A program made the translations under genes and the position numbers. Source: the human T2T-CHM13v2.0 reference genome, Homo sapiens. From it: a stretch of DNA of 64,000 nt. Of the stretch, positions 50,367-62,840 are shown piece by piece. The stretch lies in assembly GCF_009914755.1 (NCBI RefSeq), contig NC_060941.1; one strand, written 5' to 3'. The stretch's first letter is position 1, and each line of letters starts with the position of its first letter. Under the pieces are notes generated by a model. That model did no database searches, was not told the origin of the DNA, and was given only the letters and a program-made list of their open reading frames with translations.

Positions 50367-52876
50367 ATGTAAAAAGTCATTCTAAGGAAATTCCAATGGT
50401 GAAAGCAAGCCGTAAAAATTTGCTTCCTTTCTTACGGACTTTTTTGAGAGTAAAAGGAAGGAAGGGAGAGCTTAGGGTAAGTAATAACACAGTTTACTAC
50501 AGCCATTCCTAGAGATTTTATTTATTTATTAACAGCATAATAAGCACAGTTCAAGAAAATCTTAAGTGCTAAAAAAGTTAACCTTCTTGTGACTTTGTCT
50601 CATCTTTTATCTTAGGATATTCTATAGATTTAGATTTTTTAACTGCATAAAATTATAGTTTTTAACATATTAATACTGGAGTATGTGATTTACTACAGAG
50701 TGTTAGATCGGCTGTATGCAGTTTATTATAGATATTAGAGACTAATCCAGTGAACTGGAAAGTTTATATAATTTGAATGAGACAGCTGATGACGGTGAAT
50801 ATAAAGGTTTTGTTTAGATGCAATAAAAGGTGACCAGGCCTCCATGGAGTATGGGTTCATTACTGAGAAATGCAAGTTACGATGCTACTCTTGGATTTTG
50901 AACCAGAACACCAAGTGGTAGTTCTGCTTCTCTAGAAATGACAGCTTTGAGTTTACATCATAACTCTTTCTGAGTCAGAATTAAGACATATTTTCAAATC
51001 CCACATCAAATTTGGTTTAAAAGATATGATTCTTTGTGAATTCCTTGCTTCTTCTTAAGCAAAGCTACATCACAGATTCTTTGATTAGCTAATATTTTTT
51101 ATGTTGGATGCTTGAAATACGTGGGTGTGTCATGACAACAATCTCGGGAGCTATTTAATTCAGATCTAAATTTAGCAGAATCTTTGATACTAAACAGATG
51201 TATCTCCTTTTGCAAAAGGCTCAGATATCTGAGGACCTGAAATACATTATTGATAAGAGCACTGGAGACAGTGGCGTTGCATATCAGTTCTCCCTTTCTG
51301 GGCTTTTCTACTGTGGCACTATTTTCAACATCTTCCTCAATGCAAAATTTAAGGTATGACACTTACTTGAGAATTTGACTCCTGTGCCACAGAACGAAGA
51401 CTAATCTGAACATTCCCTTACCTCCTCTAAGTAAATTAAGAAAATGAAATTTATTTTATTTCACTTTACATTATATCCTTCAAGTTTAGGTATGTTGTAA
51501 TATGTGACCGAATTTCCTGCTTTTTATAGACTCAATAGTATTCCGTTGTGTGTATATACCACATTTCTTATTACTGTGCTGATTCCCTCTGGCATTCATT
51601 ACTTCATTTAAGTGATGGGCTGTAGACCATTCCAGTACCATAAGAAGAAAGAATGTGTTTGTCTGTTATTCCTGAACGTGGCTTTGGTTTAACACAGACA
51701 CTAATGTTTGAAATTATTTTTCTTTAAGATATCATGGTTCTGGTTTTCTAGTTACAAGTTCTGGGGATTCTCCCAATTTCTTCATCTCCGTTTTACTAGT
51801 TCTCTAATTCGGTTGTGACTGCCTTACTTAGATTCTCGAGAAATAAAACATGATTGATGTACCAGTCAAATGAATACAACATTCCTATGTAGGGCTTCTG
51901 TGCTTCTGCTCTGGGCTTCCATCCTAGTAATCTAGACCAGATAACACATAAACTTCAAGGACCTCCTCTTACTACCAACTTTTATCCTAAGCCAAGTCAC
52001 AAGATCTATCTCTTCCCTCCTGAATGCCAACCAGGATTTTTTGGGGTGCTTCTGAGCCAAAGTCCTTTTAATTAAAAGGTACATCCAACCTAAACCCTCT
52101 CAGAGACAACAGAGCTCTAAATGAGGGGAATAAAATGTTGACTACATTGTAGGGCCATTGTGTATAGATGTACAGGTCGCGCCCTGATGTGTGGCTCTGT
52201 CCACTCAGAGGAAGGAGCATATTATTTCTTACATCAAGCTGGAGGCTCAACAAACTGTGCACTCCTCTGTCTGTATCTTCTCCAAAGTGGTGCCTTTTCC
52301 TAATTCTTTTAAAGTTGTGCTAGCAGAGGTCCTGTTCTTTTGATTTTTTAAAATGGAGGTTAAATTCACATAACCTACAATTAACCATTTTAAAGTGTAT
52401 AATTGAGTGACATATAGTATATTTATAATATTGGGCAACATCATCTCTCTCTAGCTTCAAAAACTTTTCCATCATCGCAGAAGAACACCCCCATGACCTT
52501 TAAGCAATCACTTCCCATACCCCTCTACCCCCAGGCACTGGCTCACCACTTTGATTTAATGACAAAAGATTTTATCCCTTGGAATGAAAGCCTCACTATG
52601 CGTCTTTTATTTAATGCTTGCTTCATCTAGAACTCTCTCTGAAAATTAGAATAAGAACAGTGACAGTATTTAAATCCATCCTTGCAGTGAACATTTATTT
52701 TCTGCTTCACAATACATAAGAAGATTATACAGGTATTATAAAAACATCAGTTGATACTCCCTTTCATCATTTTTCAAAGTATATTTTGAGGAGTATTTGT
52801 GTTACAGGGTGTTAACAGGTAACATAAAAATAGAGAGTTTTCTGGCTAAGTTAGTTTGGGAGTGATGGTTATAGAG

Positions 52877-53189
52877 TTGTTTTTTTTTTCTTTTCTTTTT
52901 CTTTTTTTTTTTTTTTGAGATGGACTCTCACTCTGTCACCCAGGCTGTAGTGTAGTGGCGCGATCTTGTTTCACCGCAACCTCCACCTCCTGGATTCAAG
53001 TGATTCTCCTGCTTCAGCCTGTAAGACCACAGGTGCCCGCCATGACGCCTGGCTAATTTTTGTATTTTTAGTAGACACGGGGTTTTGCCATGTTTGTCAT
53101 GCTGGTCTCGAACTTGTGACCTCAGGTGATCCACCTGCCTCAGCCTCCGGAAGTGCTAGGATGACAGGTGTGAGCCACTGAGCCCGGCC
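52877..53189 (-). mobile_element. AluS with a small internal deletion
   Basis: Poly-T...gagccactgagcccggcc; flanks tggttatagag / tggttgtagag. Confidence 0.92.
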
Positions 53190-53579
53190 ACTGGTTGTAG
53201 AGCTTTATTTATTGCAGGCCATCTCAGTCCCTTTAATATTCCAGTGTGGCTTTATAAACTTGCAAAAAGGTGATAAAGCATACAACATAATTTGACCACT
53301 GTATATTTTTTCCTCTTTGGGCATCTGAAGCTATTACTGGTCAGTGTGTAGCCTGTTTAGGAAATTATCTACCCTCTTATGCCTGGAAGGGATGTTGTCA
53401 GTAATGACTCAATTCTCTCATTTCCCAAATTAGAAATAGGTACCCAGGCAAGTGAAGGGACTTGCTCAAGGATTCATGGATAGCTAGTTACAAAGTTGGG
53501 ACTAGAACTCAGGAGTCTTGATTTAGCTTTTTGTTCTTCTACCCAATAGCATAAGCTATTTTTACATCTTATGCTATTG

Positions 53580-54619
53580 GGTAGAAGGAAAAAAAAACAC
53601 ACTCAAATGTTCTTTCTACTCTCTCACTCAACAACAATCAACACAGAAGATTTCTGTGGCTAATGTGTGGGGATTTCTCCCCATCAAGAAGCAAGGAAAT
53701 AAATTCTGCAGCAGATACCAGCTGCATGTTTTCCACTCCAATTCCATTCTAACGCTATTTACTTGGTGATAGTGTCAGGTTTTACAGGGGGAGGGCTCAG
53801 TTCTGTAAGACTGCCCCCTACTTCCAGTGCCAAGCACAAGCTCCAGGTTGTTTTGCCTGTGCTTCTGACCAACCAGCCATAAATTGGGAATTCCATGACA
53901 CCCTCAAGTTTGATGAATGTGCTAGGGCAGGTCCCAGGACTCAGGGAAACATTTAGCTTATTGGTTTATTATAAAGACAATTACAAATGGCACAGAAGAA
54001 GAGATGCATAGGGTGAGGTGTGGGGGAAGGGGTATGAGGAGCTTTCATAACCTCACTGGGAACAGCACATTCCAGGAACCTCCACACATTCAGCTATCTG
54101 GAAGCTCCTCAAACTCTGTGGGTTTTTTTTTTTTTTTTTTTTTGAACATTTTACGGGGACTTCAGTGGATGGGCATGATGGACAACCATTAGAAACGTGA
54201 TTGGACAAAAAGAGTATGATCTAATGTTAGTAGAGTGAGTGATGAAACCTGTCTGTCAGATCCTTCTTGGTCTCTCTATGCAGCCTTCCTTCCTCCAGGG
54301 CATGGGGCAGAACCTCTTCTGAAATGGGGATCTTATGACCTACAATCAGGCAAGGTAGGTAGGAGAATATCTTGATGGCCAGTGCCAAGAACAGTGGGGG
54401 AAGATTCTTGCCTTGAGGAGTAAAAGGAGCAGGTGAAAAGAGGTGGGGAGAAGGCCAGAGAGAGAGAGAGAGCAAGAGCAAGTGAGTGAGCGAGAGCGAG
54501 AGAGAGAGAGATTCTGTTTTCTGAGGCCTGCTTCTGAAGTGTAAAGTGCCCTAACATCAATAAAAGGGCTATGGGAGTTATGAGCCTAGACCTTGAATGA
54601 AATGTGTATATTCGTTACA
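53580..54619. mobile_element. MER21-like LTR
   Basis: caacacagaagatttctgtg, attctgcagcagataccagctg, gagggctcagttc..aagactgcccc, gggctatgggagttatgagcc. Confidence 0.75.
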
Positions 54620-55061
54620 TGCTATTACTCTGTAATCTTGTGTTTGTATTCTTTCACAATTTTTATTATGCTTTTGTATATCTTGGAGGACAGAAATAAT
54701 TGTATACAACCTCATATATGAATGGATGAATGAATAGATTTGGCAAAACCTCAAGAAGCTGAATCAATCTGTTGGAATACCTAGCCCACCACTTTGCACA
54801 TGAGAGGACCTTAGGAAACAGTTCCTAAATGTTGTCAAGTTCCTTTAATCATATGTCTTGGCTGCAAAATATTGGACCATTTAATGGTAAAACAAAGGAA
54901 AATTGCTGTTAAATATCATCATTAAAAGAGCAAAAGTACAGAAAAACCATAGTGTCATGTCATGTTGATATTTTGAAAAATCCCAGTACCCCAATATTGT
55001 TAATAAATTCCAAAGCAAAGAAAGTTCAAACAACAACTTCATCATTGAAGAGATGAAAACT

Positions 55062-55067
55062 TTTATT
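55062..55067 (-). terminator. PolyA signal AATAAA of KRTAP1-1
   Basis: tttatt on +, about 280 nt past the stop. Confidence 0.65.
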
Positions 55068-55347
55068 AAATTTAAGTCCCAATAACTGTTGAAATATTTC
55101 AGGTGATATTTATAGTAAAATAGTATCTAACTCTTTTCACATTGTAGGACTTTGGCTGACAACCAGGTCTAGGAAAAATTTTTGGTCTTCCATTGTAAAT
55201 GAATTTACTTCCTAGGGAATTTATGTGGCTGTGTGATGAGAGGTTGCAAGCCCAGTTATAGGTACTGGAGTTCAGAAGATTGTTAGGATTCTAATTTGGC
55301 TAGTTTTAAGGTGCCATCTTATCAGGATCCCCAGCAGAAGGAGGTTT

Positions 55348-55881
55348 TCAACAAGTGGGCTCAGAGCAGTAGCAGCAGCAGACTGGGCGGCAACAGGACT
55401 GTCCACAGTAGGATGGGCGGCAGCAGGAGGCCTCGGCGTGGTGCAGCTGGCAGCAGGATGGGGGTGTGCAGCTCACCACGCAGCAGGGGGGCAGGCAGGT
55501 ACCCTCCACACGGCAGTCTGGGCGGCACCACCTGATACGGGTGCTCACAGCTCCACTGCTGCCCTCCTGGCCATAGCCAATGCCACCACCAATGCCACAG
55601 CCAGTTCCGCAGGAGCTGGTCTGGTAGCAGCTTGGCTGGCAGCAGCTAGTTTCACAGCAGCTTGGCTGGCAGCAGCTAGAGTCACAAGTCCCACCGGTTG
55701 AGAAGCTAGGAAATCCACAGAAGCTGGTCTGGCAGCAGCTTGGCTGGCAGCAGCTGGTCTCACAGCAGCGTGGCTGGCAGGAGCTGGTCTCACAGCAGCT
55801 TGGCTGGCAGCAGCTGGAGCCGCAGGTCCCACTGGTGGAGCAGCTGGGAAATCCACAGAAGCTGGTCTGACAGCAGGCCAT
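55348..55881 (-). CDS. KRTAP1-1: Keratin-associated protein 1-1 (177 aa)
   Basis: [18 protein letters not shown]...QPRCCETSCC...CYCSEPTC. Confidence 0.95.
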   Translation of the reverse strand: MACCQTSFCGFPSCSTSGTCGSSCCQPSCCETSSCQPRCCETSCCQPSCCQTSFCGFPSFSTGGTCDSSCCQPSCCETSCCQPSCYQTSSCGTGCGIGGGIGYGQEGSSGAVSTRIRWCRPDCRVEGTCLPPCCVVSCTPPSCCQLHHAEASCCRPSYCGQSCCRPVCCCYCSEPTC

Positions 55882-55957
55882 GGTGTCAGGAGTTGATCTG
55901 AAGGTTGGGTTGCTTGGAGGAGTTTCTGAATTATGGCTGCCTATTCCACTGCCGGCT

Positions 55958-55964
55958 TTTTATA
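55958..55964 (-). promoter_or_regulatory. TATA box (TATAAAA) of KRTAP1-1
   Basis: ttttata on +. Confidence 0.85.
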
Positions 55965-58657
55965 AGTCTGGGCCAATTCCTCTATTTGTGGCGAGCAACA
56001 TTTTTATCTTGTTACTCTTTAAACCAGCCTTTCTAGGGCCCTCTGATGGTTCAAATGCTGAATTGTTTTAAATATATCTCAAAATTGATTTTTCCTTATT
56101 GCTCAGCTAATACTCACCAAATGTGTTTGTCCTTGGTAAAAATGTTAACATTTTGTTTACAAACAATGGTATAATTTCCACTTGAGCTTCAGCTTCAGGT
56201 TTGCACTTGTGGGTATATCACCTGACAAAGTGACTCTCACCCATAAGGTGATGTGATTTTGGAGATCATATTCACCAAACCTCAGGTCTCCAGAAAAGAA
56301 TTATTAATCATGATTGCCCTTATGTAAGACTGCTTTGTATTTTTTAGACTAATAAGATTATCCTCTCTCGATATAATCTTATTAGCCAGATAGAAACTCT
56401 GATAAACTCTATATTCATAGAAATTCATAGATTTTTCCCTGAAATGGAATCTTTCCAATTTCTGTGATATCTCCTGAACTTCACATTCATATTTTAGGAA
56501 ACATTGATCACTCAGGAGGATATATAAAACAAAACCTGTTCAATTTCAATGTCTCTTAAAAAAGAGGCTAAAATTCATATTCAGTAATTGGAAAAAATTG
56601 CAAAATATTTTAACAAAATTTACACTTCTCTATGAAAGACAAAAATCACTTGTATATGGATTATCTGGCATATAATTTTTCAAAGGCAGAATTTAATTTT
56701 AATTTATGTCATTTCAAGTTACTAAACCATGTGTCCTGTGAAAAGATATTAGACCAAAGAGCATGACAACTGAATTTAGGAAAGGGAATAAATCAAAGAA
56801 AAAGCAAGAGTTAGAAAATACTTTTATCTGCTTTATAAGGCAGGTTAGAAAATGGGTGACCAAATATAGTTCAAGAGGTGTAGTATAATAAATGCAAAGA
56901 GATTAAGAAAAATTTCAGCAAAATAAAAGTTAAAACAATTCCTGGTCATTGCCAGAAGAAAGAATGTAATTTTCACTGGGAGTTTAGGGTTACGTGAGAT
57001 AAATGAAAAAAGGCTGGTCAAAAACATATTATTTCTACTTGGGGTAGGTTTATTTCTCCCTTCCAATCATGAATAGAAACACATAGTTAGCTTTTTATGA
57101 GGTGGTGGCATTTGTTTGTACAGGAATGGGGTTATATCACAATGTGATTCATGCCAGCTTCAGTAAAGATGTTCACGTCATATGGTAACCATGACTGTAG
57201 GTATGAAGTTGAAAATGGTTATATGTAATCAATGAATGTTGGAGATCAAAAATGTAGTAAATTATCTTGTTCCACCACTTAATTTTATAGGTGTAGAAAC
57301 TGACATCATTCTTATTATAAATAGCACATATTTATTAACTTCTACTATGCCCAGAGCACTAAAGGCTTATACAGAAAGCAAGATCCCATCTATTTGTTTT
57401 GTATCTTGCTCTAGTATAAAAATCAGTGTAGTAGCAATAGGAGGGATTAATCAAGGAAAAGAGTTGAGTATAGAACCATTTAGTCTCAAAGTTCTAAATG
57501 GGAACATTGGTGATGTGCTATGGAGCACTTTTCATTTTCACTTAACATCGGCTGATGTTAGAATACTCTTGAGTCTTGAAGAGGTTAAGTGGCTTGTTCC
57601 ATTCACACAGTACACAACCAGAAGAGCTGGGTATAAAATTCCTATCACTTGTTCCTAGACCAGTTCTTTTTATTTTATACCATGCTGCTTTTCAGAATCA
57701 ATTAATGTTAGTAAGGCTCTTTGTCTTTGTCTTTTTTTCTAAAAAAAAAAGGTATTTTGTAATAGCACAAGAATAGAAATATTAGATGGTAGAGAGATGG
57801 CACTATGGAGTAGTGATTTTAAATACACAATAAATAAGTACAAATATGTTAAAGTTCTTTTAAGTATCTGGACCAGAGACTTATAATTGGAATAAGTCAC
57901 ATTTGCCTCCTAGTTGTTTTTTGTTTCCCACATTCAACTAAGTTAATATACTTTCTGGGTTTCTACATCTGCTATACTCATTGTGTCTTCTTTATTCCAT
58001 GGGTATTATCTTAGTTGAGCTCTTATTGTAATCACTTGACCAAGGCAATATCTTCCTGATTAGTTTCTGTATAGTTCTGTACGACTCATTTCTCTGGCCT
58101 TTGACCTCTGTCTTTATAAGGAGCTATCATGAGAATTGTCCCAATGCCCTGCTCTTGTTATGCCATTTTCCTGCCCCAAAGCTTTCAACAACTCCTTACT
58201 GCTTATTGCATTAAGGGTGTACTCCGTTGGCTAGTATTCAAAGCATACAAATTTTCCAAATCTTTCTTTCATTATCACTCTATATATATCCAGTGCCCCC
58301 AGCCAAACCGTACTCTGAACAACCCTATGGTTCCCCTCCCTCCACACCTTTGCTCATACTATTTCTATTGCTGAGAATGCCATCCCTGTGATCTGGACAC
58401 CACAATCTGAACCTATATAAAATGTTAGCTTCTCTTTTCAATCTTTCTTATTTTCCCCAACCAACAGTGACTTCTGTGTTGACACCACACAGTGTTGTAC
58501 TTTTATTTTTTAATATTCTAGTTTTTAGATGAATTATAGGTGAATATGACTCATGTCTCTAGAATCTTTTTGAAGATGGGAACATTTTTAATTCAATTTT
58601 ACTTTCTATTTTATACCATATAGCCTGTGACTTGCATATGGTAGGCAAGCAGCACAT

Positions 58658-60985
58658 TTAGACCCTATTTCTTAACTCATTTAAAAACAACCCAAAATGG
58701 ATTAAATACTTAAATATAAGACCACATATAATAAAACAACTAGAAGAAAACCCACAGGAAACATTTTATGACACTTGTCTGGGCAATGGTTTTTTCTTGG
58801 GGGGATAAGACCTCAAAGGCACAGGCAACAAAAGTGAAAGTAAACAAATGGGATTATATAAAATTAAAACCTTCTGCACAGCAAAGGAAACAATCAAATC
58901 AGCAGAGTGAAGAGACAGCCTAGAGAATGGGAGAAAATATTTTCTTTTTTGGTACTTTTTTTTTTATTATACTTTTAAGTTCTAGGGTACATGTGCACAA
59001 CGTGCAGGTTTGTTACATATGTATACGTGTGCCATGTTGGTGTGCTGCACCCATTAACTCATCATTTACATTAGGTATATCTCCTAATGCTATCCCTCCC
59101 CCCTCCCCCCACCACACAACAGTCCCCGGTGTGTGATGTTCCCCCTCCTGTGTCCAAGTGTTCTCATTGTTCAATTCCCACCTATGAGTGAGAACATGCG
59201 GTGTTTGGTTTTCTGTCCTTGTGATAGTTTGCTGAGAATGATGGTTTCCAGCTTCATCCATGTCCCTACAAAGGACATGAACTCATCATTTTTTATGGCT
59301 GCATAGTATTCCATGTATATGTGCCACATTTTCTTAATCCAATCTATCATTGATGGACATTTGGGTTGGTTCCAAGTCTTTGCTATTGTGAATAGTGCTG
59401 CAATAAACATACATGTGCATGTATCTTTATAGCAGCATGATTTATAATCCTTTGGGTATATACCCAGTAATGGGATGGCTGGGTCAAATGGTATTTCTAG
59501 TTCTAGATCCCTGAGGAATCGCCACACTGTCTTCCACAATGGTTGAACTAGTTTACAGTCCCACCAACAGTGTAAAAGTGTTCCTATTTCTCCACATCCT
59601 CTCCAGCACCTGTTGTTTCCTGACTTTTTAATGATCACCATTCTAACTGGTGTGAGATGGTATCTCATTGTGGTTTTGATTTGCATTTCTCTGATGGCCA
59701 GTGATGATGAGCATTTTTTCATGTGTCTGTTGGCTGCATAAATGTCTTCTTTTGAGAAGTGTCTGTTCATATCCTTCACCCACTTATTGATGGGGTTGTT
59801 TGTTTTTTTCTTGTAAATTTGTTTGAGTTCTTTGTAGATTCTGGATATTAGCCCTTTGTCAGATGAGTAGATTGCAAAAATTTGGGAGAAAATATTTTCA
59901 AACTATGCATCTGACCAGGGGTTAATATCTAGAATATATAAGGAACTTGAACAACTCAACAGTGAATAATAATAAAAAATCCAATTAAAAATAGGTAAAA
60001 GACCTGAATAGATATTTCACAAAAGAAAACATACAAATTTCCAACACATATATGAAGAAGTGCTCAGCATCACTAATCATCAGGAAATGCAAATCAAAAC
60101 CGCAATGAGATACCATATCACCACAATTAGAATGGCTATTATCAAAAATACAAAAAGATAACAAATGCTGGTGTGGATGTGGAAAAAAGGGAACTCATAC
60201 AAGGTTAGAGGGAATGTAAAGTAGTATAGCCATTATGGAAAACAGTATGGAGGGTTCCCCAAAAATTAAAAATAGGACGATCATGTGATCCAGGAATCCC
60301 ACTACTGAGTATATACGCAAAGGAAATGAAATCAGTATGTTGAGGAGATTTCTGCACTTCCATGTTTATTGCAGCACGATTCACAACAGCCAACATATGA
60401 AAACAATCTAAGTGTTCATCAATGGATGAATGGATAAAGAAAATGTGACACACACTCACACCCAAACACACAATGAAATACTATCAGCCATGAAAAAGAA
60501 TGAAATACTGTCATGTGCAGCAACATGGATGAACCTGGGGGACATTATGTTAAGTGAAATTAACCAGGCACAGAAAGACAAATAGCACATTCACTCACTC
60601 CTATGTGAAATCTAAAGAAGTTGATCTCATAGAAGTAGAGAGTAGAATAGTGACTACCAGAGGCTGGGGAGGGTGAGAGGAGGGGAGGATAGGCAGAGAT
60701 TGGTCTACAGGTACAAAGTTACAGGTAGATAGGAGGGATAAGTTTTGGTATTCTAATGTACAGTAGGGTGACTGTGGTTAGTAATATTTTATCATATATT
60801 TCAAAATAGCGATCAGAGAATATTTTAAATGATCTTACCATGAAGAAATGATAAATGTATGAGGTGACGAATATGCTAAACACCCTGACTTGATTATTAC
60901 ACAACGTATACATGTATGGAAACATTACATTGCACCCCATAAATATGTACAATTATGTGTCAGTTTTTTTAATTAAAAAATTAAT
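58658..60985 (+). mobile_element. Older L1MA-like element (ORF2 end and 3' UTR), split by a younger L1
   Basis: Sequence continues colinearly across the insertion: gaatgggagaaaatattttc|aaactatgcatctgac. Confidence 0.88.
58945..59882 (-). mobile_element. 5'-truncated primate L1PA (938 bp) with open ORF2 C-terminus
   Basis: Exact 17-bp TSD tgggagaaaatattttc (58928-58944 / 59883-59899); ORF 59171-59779 is the L1 ORF2p C-terminus (...[10 protein letters not shown]). Confidence 0.96.
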
Positions 60986-61049
60986 TTAATACAAAATATT
61001 AGAATGAGTAAATAAAACCAAATCTTTTTGCAAGGCCAAAGAACAGATA

Positions 61050-61055
61050 TTTATT
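61050..61055 (-). terminator. PolyA signal AATAAA of KRTAP2-1
   Basis: tttatt on +, about 310 nt past the stop. Confidence 0.7.
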
Positions 61056-61272
61056 AGAAAATAAACATGCCACGAAATCTTAAGAAGAAGGAAATTGCTT
61101 CTTTTACAGACTTCAGAATGGCCCAGGTCTTAATAGATGAGCCCAGTGCTCGGTTCCCTGCTTGGTTGATGTGGGGTTTTGTGGGCTCAGGGCAGGAGGT
61201 TTGTTAAAGTAGAGAAATGGGAGTGTGACTTTTTCAGAAGGTGAGTTACGCGTTCCGGGCAGTCAGTGCACT

Positions 61273-61467
61273 GCTCAGCAGGAGGAGGTCCTGCAGGTGG
61301 TGCTGCAAGGGGTCGGCTGGCCGCAGGGGGACTGCACAGACACAGGCTGGCAGCAGGTGGTGGCTCAGCAGGAGGAGGTCCTGCAGGTGGTGCTGCAAGG
61401 GGTCGGCTGGCCGCAGGGGGGCCGGCAGCAGGGGGACTGCACAGACACAGGCTGGCAGCAGGTGGTG
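61273..61467 (-). repeat. Tandem duplication of the KRTAP2-1 C-terminal coding segment (105-bp and 90-bp copies)
   Basis: 61363-61467 versus 61273-61362: identical except for a 15-bp gap. Confidence 0.95.
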
Positions 61468-61751
61468 GCCCAGCAGCAGGGCCTGCACACCACAGCCGTG
61501 CACGACGAGGGGCAGCAGGTGATGGGGCGGCAGCAGCCTTCCTGCAGGGAGCAGGGGTCGCAGCACACCGGGCGGCGGCAGGGCTCGCAGATGGGGCGCG
61601 TGCAGCGGGGCACGCAGGTCACGGGGCGGCACACGGTGGTCTGGCAGGTCACGGGGCGGCAGCAGCAGGGGTCGCGGCAGCAGCAGGGCTGGCAGCAGCC
61701 TCCCCCGTAGCTCAGGGAGGAGAAGGTGGAGCCGCAGCAGGAGCCGGTCAT
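61365..61751 (-). CDS. KRTAP2-1: Keratin-associated protein 2-1 (128 aa)
   Basis: [37 protein letters not shown]...TCRTSSC; paralogue number assigned from position next to KRTAP1-1. Confidence 0.92.
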   Translation of the reverse strand: MTGSCCGSTFSSLSYGGGCCQPCCCRDPCCCRPVTCQTTVCRPVTCVPRCTRPICEPCRRPVCCDPCSLQEGCCRPITCCPSSCTAVVCRPCCWATTCCQPVSVQSPCCRPPCGQPTPCSTTCRTSSC

Positions 61752-61837
61752 GGTGGTGTCTGAGGCTGGTGTGGGTTGGGCTGTGGAGAGGAGCTGGATG
61801 TTCTCAGGTGTGAATGTCCTCCTCCCCCTCTGGGCCC

Positions 61838-61845
61838 TTTATATA
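61838..61845 (-). promoter_or_regulatory. TATA box (TATATAAA) of KRTAP2-1
   Basis: tttatata on +. Confidence 0.85.
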
Positions 61846-62549
61846 CCCTGGCCGGGTGCAGGTGACCCTTTTCGTTTACCTTTTGGCCAATTAAGTAGAA
61901 TTTTGTTTTGACTAATGGTTGCTTGTGACACACTCATTATCTCACTAAAGAGCTCTTGTTTTATCTCTAAGTATGGATGTACTCACATTGGGTGAAAATC
62001 TAAGAACTCATCGTCATTTGAGGTGATAGTAGCTCTTGATGCTTATTTTGAGTAGATAACACTGGATCAAATCTGGACAAAACGGTCTAAAAAAACTTCA
62101 GTTTTTAAAAGAAATTAAAAACATAGAGAAGTACATAGAACATTGAGTAGAGCCTATCCTGACCCCAATAGGGGACTCAAGTCCTTGGAAGCACCTACAT
62201 GTGAAACGTGAATCACACGAGTGTTAGACAAGCCCTCCCACGTAGTCTGCTTGGGAATACGTTTGATTATCACTTGATATAGTGGGATACATAGGCCTTG
62301 AATAGGATAGCAGCTCATAGAGTTGTACAGGACAGACAAAAATTTTTGCAAACCACTAAGTGTTGGAATAAAACCTCCAAGACTGCCTTGCATGTTTTCT
62401 TTTCTCTAGTTCAGGTTCTGTGCAACTCTGGTCTTTCTGTCATAAGATGCTGATTTTTATCTCTGAAACATGTCATTTTTTAGCGTTGCCTTTCTTGTGC
62501 ATGTAATGAAGAATTCTGTAATGGGAAATTTTTCTGAATATACCTTGTT

Positions 62550-62840
62550 GGCCGGGCGCAGTGGCTCATGCCTGTAATCCCAACACCTGGGGAGGCCAAG
62601 GCAGGTGGATCACCTGAGCTCAGGAGTTCAAGACCACCCTGGGCAACATGGTGAAACCTCAACTCTAATAAAATACAAAAAATTAGCTGGGTGTGGTGGC
62701 AGTGCCTGTAGTCCCAGCTGTGCCGGAGGCTGGGGAACGAGAATCACTTGAGCCCCAAAGGCGGAGGTTGCAGTGAGCCGAGATCATGCCATTGCACTCC
62801 AGCTTGGGCTACAGAGTGAGACTCCATCTCAAAAAAGAAA
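62550..62840 (+). mobile_element. AluS/J
   Basis: ggccgggcgcagtggctcatgcctgtaatccc...gagactccatctcaaaaaa. Confidence 0.95.

Noticed and set aside
50017-50385. FLSF-rich and KERK-rich ORFs
   Set aside because: Translations of the (TTTC)n/(TTCC)n microsatellite.
59171-59779. 202-aa ORF as a host gene
   Set aside because: It is the C-terminus of L1 ORF2p in a 5'-truncated element with no promoter.
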